Assembly (NCBI GenBank): GCA_900088475.1
Contig: FLMG01000135.1
Coordinates: 124,430 to 188,429 of the forward strand
Direction: 5' to 3'
Length of the DNA: 64,000 nt
From: Hyphochytrium catenoides
Lineage: Eukaryota; Protista; Hyphochytriomycota
Shown: positions 26,540 through 37,812 of the stretch, piece by piece
How positions within the stretch are numbered: position 1 is the stretch's first letter
Layout: each line of letters opens with the position of its first letter
Notes under the pieces: generated by a model
Database searches by the model: none
Told to the model about the DNA's origin: nothing
What the model saw: only the letters and a program-made list of their open reading frames with translations
Translations under genes and position numbers: made by a program

Positions 26540-28231
26540 TTTTGCGTCAGTCATGCTGAAAATAGATAGCAAGCGCTCAATGGAGCTAGTCTGTAGCACG
26601 ACCAAGACACCCTTCTTTTAGCAGGGATGATGGAGAAGGAACCGAGTAGGTAGTGCGGTCATCTTGTATCGACTAAGAAGTTGAAAGGCTATTTGGTCCA
26701 TGTCTCTTTGATCACGACTTACGATGGGCCCTTCATCCGCATAGTGGCGCGCGCTCCTTATGACCGAGCCCCCGCTGTGACATTAGTTACTGATGCTAAG
26801 GAATGGCAGTCTAAGTTGATGGAAGAAGAACGGATGGCTAAACTCCTTATCGAAGTCTTTTTGAAGCATTTATGTTCTGTTTAGTCAACTGTACTCGTCA
26901 AAAGCTGGCCTTCGTTGTTGGTCTCCTCTGTCGTTTCCCTGATCAACCTGGTCCAGAGCACTTAGAAACGGCCAGAGAGCTGCTACGTTACCTAAAAGAG
27001 AGCAAAGACTTAGCTCTTGTTCTTGACTCGTCTAACCCTCTACTACCGTTACTTCCAACTACATTACTGATAGTGAGCTGCTCCTTTTACGACCCATTAG
27101 TGATGCAGGCTGGGCTGGGGATCTTGTTGGCAGAGAATCAACAGCCGGCCTAGTTCTTTATATCTTTTTTGTCACCGGTCCTGCTCTCTGGCGATCACGG
27201 AACCAGTCCTTGGTCACCCTTTTTTCGACTGAGGCAGAACTCATCGCGTTGACAGGCTTGATCGAAGAAGTAATTTAGCTTAAGCTCTTGATGTCATAGT
27301 TCTCCGCGACCTAAATCCTCAGATAGTCTTCGTGCATTCTCGCTCGTGATAGCGTTAACGCTATTGGGTTGGTTCTAAGGACTTCGTCTTCTCTCGTACC
27401 ACCAAACATCTTGACGTGAGCTATCACTTCGTGAAGGAGAGACCGGAGATGCATGGCTCGGACTTAAAATATCACTCAACCGATCGATGGTGGCAGACCT
27501 TCTAACTAAGCCTCTGGCGCGAGTCCAGTTTGGTACTTTGGCTAAGCAGCTTGTACGTAGGAATTAGAGATACAGCTCATCTCTTAGTCTCGACTTTTCT
27601 CATCTTCAATGCAAACATTCTCATCACGGACAGACTCCGCTGTCCCGCTTAGCGAAGATCACTTTCTTCACTAACACTACTAGAGCTCAATACCTTCTCG
27701 TGACTACCTCATTATTTTTTGTGGCATCGAATCTCACAAGTAGGTATCTTCACGATTTGAGAGACCTGCTGTAGGAGACCGCGCCTGGAGAGTCACCATC
27801 TCAGTCCGCCTACACCTGGCACAGCCGTCATTTCGCTGCCAGCGAGAAGATGTCACCAGATTACCTCCATTTCCATCCACCTCATCAGTCATAGGTTTTC
27901 CTAGTGTTTGATTCTATGATGGTTCTAATCCGAGTGCATCCTCCTGTCAGCGGAGTGGTGGTGAACGCGCAGAGGATGCTCAGTGTGAGGGAGAGTCTTA
28001 GCTAAGGTGCACTTGTGTCTTGGTGAGAAAAAGCTTTACTGAATGAGTTATGATAGATCCTACATAACAGAGGAAGAAGGAAAGCAAGTACAATAGTATA
28101 GGAAACCAAGTACTAAAGACTGTATGGACTGTTCAATGATGAAGTGACTCTTGAGGATAAGGTGACTGTTGACCTTAATGAGTCGACACAAAGGCAGTGA
28201 CGTAAGTGCAAAGCAAACCGTAACGCCAACA
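26540..28231 (+). mobile_element. Degenerate Ty1/copia LTR retrotransposon remnant (RT C-terminus/RNase H, PPT, probable 3' LTR)
   Basis: Frameshifted or stop-interrupted motifs: TRQKLAFVVGLLCRF...LLRYLK, SDAGWAGD, WRSRNQSLVTLFSTEAELIAL, TKHLDVSYHFVKE, MVADLLTKPL (~26870-27520). Purine tract GAGGGAGAG at 27987-27995 is followed by a T(C)TTAG...CCAACA LTR-like segment at 27996-28231. Confidence 0.88.
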
Positions 28232-28853
28232 CATCCACCATCATCCCCGAGTAACCTTTGGCTTCAGCTACACTGTATTATAAAGGAGCCGACGAACTGT
28301 GACAAGGAGCTCCTAGAGATAGCTTTATAATGCTTATCGACGACTACTCATTCAGAGTAGTCCAGAGCCTGCAGCATGACACTATGACGATGAAGATCGG
28401 TTGTTGGATTCTCAAGATTATTGATGAGGAAGGATCTTACATAAACTTCAGCTGGCCTTTCAAAAGGTTCATCGCAAGGTTTCATCATCTATTCACCGAT
28501 GTAGAAAAGGGTGTTTTGAAGCTTTCAATAGGAAAATGTGAAGGTTTCTTTCCATCAGAACCTTGATGTTCTTTCTTACTCTACGAAAAGACAGGCGATG
28601 TGTTGAGAACAAAGCTTCTGATACCTTTATCACCCACGGTGGTCCCACGGTTGCTGTTCGTGAAGGACGATTGAGGTGATGACTACAAAGATCTTTTCCT
28701 CGCGCGAAGACCTATTGGGACATTCGGCCCACTAACAGCCAAACTCCTAGCTTGTAGCGGGGGGGCGGTCGTAGTTATCCTAAGCCTCTCCCAACCTGCA
28801 CTGCACCGACTTGTCTCTCAAAGCCGAGGAGTCCAAAGCCAAGACGAGGTGAG

Positions 28854-30192
28854 ATGCCGTCAGTGAGTAAAGCAGCGCTGCATCAACTTCTGAAAGCTAC
28901 CGGAAGGGAGAAGTTCCACATTGAGTACGGAGGTTTCCTCTCAAACCACATCAGCCACGGTATAATCGCGTTGTACTACTTGGGAGCTACTGAAGATGTT
29001 CTAGCACGCTTCGTGGACCGGTACATTCAGCAGCATATTTCTAACGCTCCACCGCAGCTTGAAGAACAGGAAGCCGTTTCTGAGAGTTCCCTAGATCAGT
29101 GGAAGGGAGCTCGGAAAAATTTCCTCGGCGTGGCTGCCTTTTTGGAGAGAGAAAAGACGACCCTTAAATCCGTGTCTTCAGTCGTCACTAAGTATACCCC
29201 TCAGCTTCTAGACGGAGGCCATGCTTCCGCGCTGCATCCCATTATTCACCTTGGTTTTGGGCTAAAGGTGGCTGATGAAGATATGGTCGTAGACGGTCTA
29301 AGCTACATGGTATACTCATACAATCCAATGAGTACCTCACCAGAAGCTGTTCTCGAGCTCATAAAACGGCGCCAAGCTGGTACTGATGTGCAAGAAGCAA
29401 GCAACGCCAAATCTCACCAACCCACTACTCTTAGTGAAGCGCTGAGGGCGATCAAGACTTCTGGAAAATACGATGGACTCCTTGAGCATTATACCCAACA
29501 GGAGAAGTACTCCTCTCGTGTGCCTGCGATGGGGAAGTTCCAGATGAAGCTTTCTATCCTCGCAGAAGAGGCTGACGGTCAAGACTTAATCAATCAGTAC
29601 GCCGCCTGCCTTCTACCTCACATCATTGCAAAAAGTCGCGCAGGTCACTCATCCGTGGCTGACATCACGCTTGATGAAGTCATAGAAGCATATGGTCTAG
29701 CAGAGAGGGATGACTTCTTCCTGCTACATGCGGTAGGTCATTCTTGCACTAGTCATGATGGCTCCAAATTCCCTTTCTTTCACTCAACTTGCTCCATTTA
29801 CCAAATAGGTTACTTCTGCCTGGGCGCTGCGCGAGATATTGAGGCATGTGCCTGAGACCCTACACATTCAAGTCATTGCGCACTTCGTACGGGTAGCCTT
29901 GGCGGTGTATGTGGTGCAAGGGATGCCCCTTATCAGAGAGAAGGCATTGGAGAGCACTGGAGAGGAGCTCCCTAGCCGGGAAGCCATAGAGGAGGCCACG
30001 CTAAAGGCAGCTCAAGTCGACGACGAGGTGGACGAACATTTGTTTAAGCTTGTTTTCGTTTGTTTAGAACGAGAACAGGAGTTGCGGAACTCCATCCTTG
30101 AGGATCAGAAAATGGAAGAATCCGAAGCGCGAAGATTGGCCGATATTGCGCGCATTGTAGCTGCAAAAAAAGCTGGACTCTTGGGCTGGTGA
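28854..30192 (+). CDS. Questin oxidase / AflY / HypA-like oxidoreductase (DUF4243 family), 2 exons (intron 29733-29808)
   Basis: GFLSNHISHGIIALYYLGA, ALHPIIHLGFG, DDFFLLHA/VTSAWAL and DEHLFKLV are the conserved His motifs of this family. Confidence 0.82.
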
Positions 30193-31357
30193 TCGATCTT
30201 ACCTTTCAGGGTCACTTAAACATGAATAGTGGTCACGTACTACTAAGTAAAGGTCATAAGGCAATATTGGTCCAACGCAATTGAGCTCGTCACCACATAG
30301 GTCTTTACTCTGCATCAACTCTAGTGAGGAGCAAACCTAGAGGAAGGCAAAGTGTTATGGCTTTTACGAGTAAGGATGTTACTGGGTGTCCGGAGCGACA
30401 TGGAGAAGCTTCCAACTAATAATGAGGCATCTTTGGGAGTTTGTCGTTGCTGCTGGCTTCGAAGTTAGGACACCGGTTTCTACCCAGTCTACGCTTTGAT
30501 TGCCGCAGCTCTGGCTCAGCGAGGTACCTTGAACGAGTGCTACCTTGGACGATACAGCAATGAGATCAGCTCACGGTACAAGTATCATATCTTTGACGCT
30601 TCTCTTCCCTACAGATTGGTGGGCACGGCAGGGATGTCATCATCGCGCGTCAATGCAACCCAGCGTGGCTTTCCTCCGTCACAATGTCACAGTGCAGCTC
30701 ACAGTGCTGTATCATCCTTTCCATCGACGACATAGCATCTGTTATAACCTTCCTCGTAACTCTATCTTCAAATGATCGCGCTGTTGGATGACAGAAGCGT
30801 ATCGGTTGGGCAAATATACAGAGTTCTCTCTACAGTATGAGTAGTATGGACAAAGGCCTTCTTGCCGAACCTTCGTTACTCTGTTCCTGACCTAAGGCCT
30901 TACGGACAAAATCTCTCCAGCTTCAACATTGGGATTGAAACGTTTCCCTATTCCAACTTTTAGCACCGTAAAACTCTGTTGGGCGCCAGCGAAACATTCC
31001 GCAACGAAAGATATCAAATTTGAAGCTCCCTCTCAATTGCTCAATTGACCCTTCCTTTCTTGTTTTTGTGGTGGTGTGGTGGTTGTTCGAGGTCCCGATG
31101 GTGTGGTGCTGGTATCCACTGTACTGCCATGACGGTGCAGGCAATGGGATGGTGAGAGCACGCCAGACAGACAGCAGAAGCTTCGTCACAGTGTCAGTGA
31201 GACCATCTGCAGACGAAGCCGGAGCTCCGCAGATGCAAGTTGAGCTCTCCTCTTCATGGTATCCTAGCCTTTCAAGCTCCTTGACCTGACTTGAGGACTA
31301 TATGTGGCGTCTCTGTTGGCCATAGGGATGGGGAGGTCTAAACTTCTGTCCCTAGCA

Positions 31358-34265
31358 ATGCGACAGTCTCCACATGAGGTTGACAAAGAACGTGACAACG
31401 TAGCACTCCCAGCTCTTTGTGAAGCATTTAGGTCCATAGTTTGGTGAGCTGCTTCTCACCCTTTGCGAACTACGGCATTTTACTAACCCGTCAACTCTCT
31501 TTATAAAGGACTAGGCAGCTGACTGTTCCCTTACTTGGCTTCTTGGTCTTTGCAAATACTCTGAGCGCGGGTTTTGTTTGGGATGACCGTGCTGCTGTTT
31601 ACGCCAACCAGGATGTCTTGGGAACTCGTCCCCTGATGGAGGCCTTCAAACACGATTTTTGGGGTCAAAACATCACCTTACCACGAAGCCACAAGAGCTA
31701 CAGGCCGCTGACCATACTCACCTTAAGGTGAAAAGATAGCCTTCATCGCGGAAATTTGATTAGAGCATGCTAATCGTGTCACACCATACAGGCTAAACTA
31801 CGCTCTAAGCGGTCTGAACCCCTTCTCTTACCATCTCCTAAATGCGGTAAGCCTGGATGGGAGTTTTCATTTTGCCTTACAGCGAACTGTCGACCTAAGC
31901 ACCCTGCTGCAGGCCCTTCATGCTGTGGTATGCAGCTTGGTAAGCACAGTGGCCCATCGGATTCTCAAGAGTGACGTTCAGGCCTTCTTGGCCGGCGTTA
32001 TTTTTGCAGTCCACCCTGTACACTGTGATGCTGTAGCTAGCATTGTGGGTCGAGCAGACGTTCTTACAGCGGTCTTCTACCTTGGGGGCGTCCTTGTTTA
32101 TGACCACTCCCTCAAGCTGGCTGGTCTGAGCCAGTGGGCAGGCTTCACTGCAGCCGTCGTCTTGGCTATTACTGGTGAGTCAGTACGGTCAAGGGCCAAC
32201 CTATCAAGGCACTAACTACTGCCGTTCGGAAATCTCTCAGGGATGCTTAGCAAAGAGTCCGGGTTCACTGCCTTCGGCATGTACTTCATAATGGAGATTC
32301 TGCACGTCACAAAGGGTAAGTTCCTCTTAGTAGGTTTCATCTTACCTATATTTAGGTCAAAGGTTAAGCTAAGATGCATTAGGTCTGCGCGACTGGAAGC
32401 CCCTCCTCGTGCTCTCTGGTAGTGCGGCGCGTCTAATAGCCTTACCGGTTATTGCAGCTGTGCTGCTCTGCGCCCGTGTAGCTATTAACGGACCGAACCG
32501 TTTCTACCCATGGTCCATCAACGAGAACCATCTATACAAGCTCCCTTTTGGCTTCACCAAAGTCCTCTCCATCGCTCATACTCACGCGAAATACTTCTGG
32601 CTACTTTTCTGGCCAAACAAGCTCAGTTACGATTGGGGTTTCAATGAAATACCGCTGGTACTTAGGAAGGATGACCCTCGCTTGATTGGCATAGTAACAT
32701 CCTACGCTTTGGTTCTGGCCGTCCTTTTCCTTGCGCTCGCCAATCGGAACAAGAGAGTTCTCATGTCCCTGATGTTAGGCATTCTTCCGTTCCTTCCTGC
32801 CCTGAACATCTTCATGCCTGTCGGAGCAATGGTGGCTGAGCGCCTCTTGTACTTGCCAAGTGTGGGTTTCTGTCTTCTTGCGGGATACGCCATGGGGCAA
32901 ACGTTAGACAAGCTGCTGCTAAGAATTGCCTCCTCTCGAAAATCTGGAGATCACTCTGTGGCGGCTCGCTACGTTTACTTTATGCTTGGGCTACTAAGCC
33001 TGGTGACTGTTTTATTTGGTGCTCGGACAGTGATTAGGAACTTTGACTGGCACTCGGAGAAGTCGTTGTTTGAGACGGGTTACCAAGTCGCCCCAGGGAG
33101 CATCAAGACCGCCAACAATTTAGCTCAGCGCTTTCTTCAACCCGTAGGTGCCAGTCGAGCCGCTGAGGTAAGTCCAGCGCCGGAGGGAATCCCTATCCTT
33201 TCGCAGATATCGTTCTGACTCGCCTTTACACAGATTTTGCAAAAGACAATAGCTACTCATCCATCTTATGTGGAAGGGCTCTCAAATCTTGGCTTGGCCC
33301 ATATGTTCACCGCAAACTATGAATTATCAGTTCGTTACTTGGTCCGGAGTATACAATATCGCCCGGCAGACGCTAGTGTAAGTCCATGGGTCTCTTCTAT
33401 CACGCAGAGTCGAAAAACTGATGACCCGGTATCCTAGAATTTAGGTTACTTGGGCCAGTCGCTGATGTCCATTATGCCGTCGGTAGAGCTAGTGCAGGGA
33501 AAGTCGAGTCCTGCCTATCTCAAACTCAAGCACTACGCTACATTGACTTTGGATGCATCTATCACGCATGGGAGCCGGTACCCTTTGGTTTACCATAACC
33601 GAGGAACCTTGGCCTTTGCAGATAAGCGCTACAATGACGCCATAAGGTGCGGGGAATCCCTACTTAAGCGTTTAGATGCTTACATCTAAAGTGAAAATCC
33701 TTAGATACTATGAGGCGGCTGTGAGGGCCAACGCCATGCTACAACCTATAGAGTCTGGTTTTCGCATGAGGAACTGGGAGATCGCCAATATGATTGGGCT
33801 CTGCTATATGGAACTTGGCGAACTAGACCGGGCCAGAGATGTTTTCATATCCTCTCAACTATTACTTCTCTTCCACTCTTGAATGACAATTTGCATTGTG
33901 ACCCTTAACTTCTGCGTACATTGAGGGCACCAAAGAGGAGCCCACAAGTGTTCCTCTTCATCTAAATCTTGGCAGCCTTTACTGCAAGCTCAACGACTAT
34001 GGTAAGTGCGTGCCACAATGTGTAACTTCGGCTTTGGTTAACAAGCAATGTCACAGCGAGTGCCATCGAAGTCGGCCGTCGGGCCCACGAGTTAGACCCA
34101 GAAGAGCCGGCGGCAATGACGAACCTTGGCTTTGCGCTTGAGAACTCGGGAGATTTGCCAGCAGCTGAAGAATGGTACCGAAGAGCTTACGAGATGAAAC
34201 CCGATCACCCTCAGATCAAGAGAAACTACGAGTGGATTCGGTCTAGACTTGCACAGCAGAGTTGA
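31358..34265 (+). CDS. TMTC: TMTC-type protein O-mannosyltransferase (GT-C membrane domain/DUF1736 + TPRs), multi-exon
   Basis: FVWDDRAAV, HDFWG...SHKSYRPLT, FAVHPVHCDAVASIVGRAD, LSKESG, LSYDW, PFLPALN...VAERLLYLPSVG, RNFDW, then TPRs; stop at 34263-34265. Confidence 0.92.
33847..33919 (+). other. U12-type (minor spliceosome) AT-AC intron
   Basis: 5' site ATATCCTCT, branch point CCCTTAAC at 33902-33909, 3' end TAC. Removal joins RARDVF to IEGTKEEP in frame within a TPR. Confidence 0.88.
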
Positions 34266-35699
34266 GATTGATTCCTGAAGCAAACCAGGGACATCAACTC
34301 TATCCTGTACAATAACATGAGTACATTAGGCAATCAAGCTGCGTGCAGGTTAGCGCTCTCACCACACCAAACTTGACCCGCAAGCTTACAGATGCAGCTA
34401 GTCTCCACCTCTTGGTGCACTGCGTTTCTTTTCTGGTGTATCATTCATAAGGGATGCTAAAATAGCCAACCGTTCCTAGGCTTTCATCAAGGCCATTCAG
34501 TAGACGCTGTCTTTTACCAAGTAGGGTTTCCCTCAGTTCGGTGCACAGCTGGTGGCTGCCTGGGCAGGTCCTTGCTTGACTGAATGAAGGTCAACAATAG
34601 GATTAAGTGTTCGTTGCAGTGGATGTCGTGGCCGAGGCTTGAACGCTTTTGGCAGAGTTGCAGATGCATTTTTGATGGCTGACGCCTTCTATAGTCGCTC
34701 ACAATGGATAGCTCTTGGACAGTGGAACGGCCCAGCACTCCTTTATAAGACTGGCAATAATCTTCACCAGAAAACATCCGCGCCGATTCATCTCTCGCCA
34801 TCGTCCCCAAGTCTCTCTATCAAAGAGATAAGAAAAGGGTTCCTACCACACCAAAAGTAGACTCTTGTTGTAAAGTTTGTGTGTGGACTACCTATTATTA
34901 TTCTTTACCTCCCCTACCAGGCTCTTTCAGTAGGAAGGAGATCAAGAGCTATTATATTGTAGTAATAATGAGATAGGTATGCCGCCGCTCCGTGTACAAC
35001 AACAGTTAGGTTGTAGTGACCATCTTAGTCCCGCCTAAGATGATGATGATGGATCACAGAGACCGTTTCCCTATGGTTTATAAGGCGATGAGGAGGAGGA
35101 CTAGAACTGGAGCCAGGCGTGTTTCTCTTCCTCAGCTTGATGTCCAATGTCTGTCTCCTTTGTTGACAATCCTTCTACCTATGCGTCCTTGTCCCTTGTC
35201 CCATCAAGCTTGCTGCCTCCTCCTTGGATGATCATCATCCCAAAGTCAGAAGTCTTCCCTTGAATGTTCTGCCATCGCTGCCTCAACAATCAGAAGCCAG
35301 ATGAGGAGAAGTGATGCTTGGAGAAGAACGTAGGTAGATTATAAGAGTTCCAGACCGTAGCAACTAGTTCAATAGCCCTATGAGCAACGCCTTGTTTGCC
35401 GACGATGTTGAAACACTTCTCTTATCCTTCTCCTGTTGCTCTGAGCACAGCAAAGGGTTGGGCCACCTCCGACGACGACGTCACGAAACAAAGTCAACTT
35501 GTTGTGCAGGCCTGCATCATTGCCCACTCCACTGGAGGAGTGTGCACTCCACAGAATTTGTACAAGAGGATAACCCTCAAGGTCACCTATAGGCTTGCAT
35601 CACTCCCCTACTTTCCAGGTGGGTGCCACGTTACCGCCAGTTCAGGGTTCAAATTCACCCGCGGCCGTAGGAAGACACCTCACCTCGGCCAACCAAAGG

Positions 35700-36749
35700 A
35701 TGCAGCTGGCACGCATCACCGGCTCCATAGCCTTCCTGTCTACCGCTGTCTTGCTGCTAGCAGATCTTCCAGCACCTACGGTTGGCGGAAGTACTAATCA
35801 GGGTGACGACGTTTCTTCCATCCTTAGCCGGGCCAATCCTAATGCATTTGACTTCCGTCAACTTGAGGAGTTGACTGCGATGGAAGATGGCTCTATAGAT
35901 ACAGAAGACAATGGACCTGAAAACTTTCTTGAAGACAATATGATGGAAACTAGCAGCTCCTTGAAAGCATCCTCATTTGACAGCAGTGATGACAGCAAGT
36001 CATCCGATGGTTCGCGATCGTATGGCAGCTACCGCAAAAAGACGTGGACGTCAAAAGAGGCTTGTGCATGCGCCTGTAAGATAGTGGCCATCAACAATAA
36101 CGTTAACGTTCCGGTCATGATGGGCGGAGTGAACCAGCAGCCTATTCTCACTCCGTCTAATCGTCCGCCAGTTCTAACTCCTTCTCTGAGACCACCCGTA
36201 AACAATATTCCGGTCAATAATGGGCAAATCAACCAGGTTCCTCCAGTTAATGGTCAGACTGGAGCTCTCCCAGTCAATGGGAACCCTAACAACCAGCTTC
36301 CTCCGACTGGCCAGGTCAATCAGCTCCCTCCAAATGGACAGATTAACCCGCTCCCGGCCGTTGGACAAATGCAGCAGCTCCCGCCGGTTAACGGTCAAAC
36401 TAATCAGTTCCCACCACATAACCAACAAGTTATTCCCCTTGGTACACAGAGTACAACGAATGGCCAGATTCCTCCAGCCAATGGGCAGCTCAACCAAATT
36501 CCAGCTAACCAGCAGGCAGCCAATACCAATGTCAATAACCCTTTGAACGTCCAAAGGACAAACGCTATACCTCCTGCCAATCAAGGGCGACAAACAAGGT
36601 CTTTGCAGGACGCTTCTACTACGTCCACGTCCAATTTTTCAGCCACCCCATCTCAGCTCACCAATAGCCCAGTCATGACCCAAGTATGTGGTTGCGTATG
36701 CAAGGGTATCAAAGGAAAGAAGAAGAAGAAGTCATCGTACAGCTCATAA
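35700..36749 (+). CDS. Intronless putative secreted protein with P/N/Q/G-rich tandem repeats flanked by CxCxC motifs
   Basis: ATG at 35700 starts a 349-aa open frame: hydrophobic signal-like N-terminus, acidic region, Ser-rich stretch, CACAC, repeats of about NGQxNQLPP, CGCVC, and a Lys-rich tail. Confidence 0.8.
   Translation: MQLARITGSIAFLSTAVLLLADLPAPTVGGSTNQGDDVSSILSRANPNAFDFRQLEELTAMEDGSIDTEDNGPENFLEDNMMETSSSLKASSFDSSDDSKSSDGSRSYGSYRKKTWTSKEACACACKIVAINNNVNVPVMMGGVNQQPILTPSNRPPVLTPSLRPPVNNIPVNNGQINQVPPVNGQTGALPVNGNPNNQLPPTGQVNQLPPNGQINPLPAVGQMQQLPPVNGQTNQFPPHNQQVIPLGTQSTTNGQIPPANGQLNQIPANQQAANTNVNNPLNVQRTNAIPPANQGRQTRSLQDASTTSTSNFSATPSQLTNSPVMTQVCGCVCKGIKGKKKKKSSYSS
36200..36510 (+). 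repeat. Degenerate coding tandem repeat (~27-30 bp units; NGQxNQxPP)
   Basis: GQINQVPP, GQVNQLPP, GQINPLPA, GQMQQLPP, GQTNQFPP, GQLNQIPA in the translation. Confidence 0.8.
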
Positions 36750-37812
36750 GTACCCTATCTTCGGCCAAGGGAGTGGTAGGAGTAGTGGCTAGTTCTTCTT
36801 TACGCAGTGCCGCGCCTCTTCTTCTACCTTCTGGATGCAGTCACTCTTTCGGTTCGAACAGCTAAAGAGGAATGTAGATAATGTATCTGTCGCTTTCTAC
36901 ATCTAGCTCTGGCTCTTGGCCTTCGTTTTCCACTTCGTGGCACATCACTGAACGTGCTCACTTACAGAATGAAAGACTATGATTCAAAAAAGCAAGAAAC
37001 ATCATCATCTCATAATTGCTTAGTGTGCCCAACCTTATCTTTTGTTCGTACTATGACTTCTAGTGTGATGGCTGATAGGGCTAGGCGCAGCTCCGCTTCC
37101 TTTTTCTCTCGTTGTCCGCTTCAGTAGCCGGGCAAGCGTTGCTATGGACAGCTTTTAATATTTCGTAAGTATGATGTACTATTATTATGCTCGAAGCTCT
37201 TCTTGTCATTTTTTCTTTAGAACGTCGTTCCTCGTCTAGCATTGTTACCTCCAAATGTTGGCTGCCACCGCCAGTGGTAGGAAGATGGCCAAGAAGAGGT
37301 AGTAGTTTTGCCACGATAGTTGTCTCTTTATCTTTGTGTACAGCATGTGTCTTCGTTCACTCTGTTGGCTTCTTGTTTATATTCCTTCTTCCATCAGTGG
37401 AGCGAGTGGAGCGGATGATGCCCTTTCGAGGTCAGTCTTTGCTTGTTGTACAAGGGTAATAATGAGGTTATCGTTCAGGTTTCCCCCCGGAGCCGCGGTG
37501 ATGATCTTCCTCCTCAGACGACGATGCGAATCCTCCCATCATTTTTCTCTGCCAAATAGACGAGTTGGAGTGTGAACGTAAGCTTCGTGGCTTCTGAGTG
37601 CCTGCTAATCCTTAGTCAAACTTCATTTTCTCAAGCAGAAGTGACACTCTATGCGGCTAGTAGTGTGATACCTAAGACTACCATGAAGTCTTCTCTCTGG
37701 CCCCTCGGCATGCGACAGTGGTCCGAGAAGAAACTTGACTGGGACAGGCGTTGAAGCAAAGCCACAAGCTCTGGCTGGCAGGAGTGCCGGGAAGCACAGG
37801 CACTGTGTAAAG

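Noticed and set aside
34980-35340. Possible gag zinc-knuckle remnant on the minus strand (IGHQAEE)
   Set aside because: Cys residues are absent and the match is too short to support a call.
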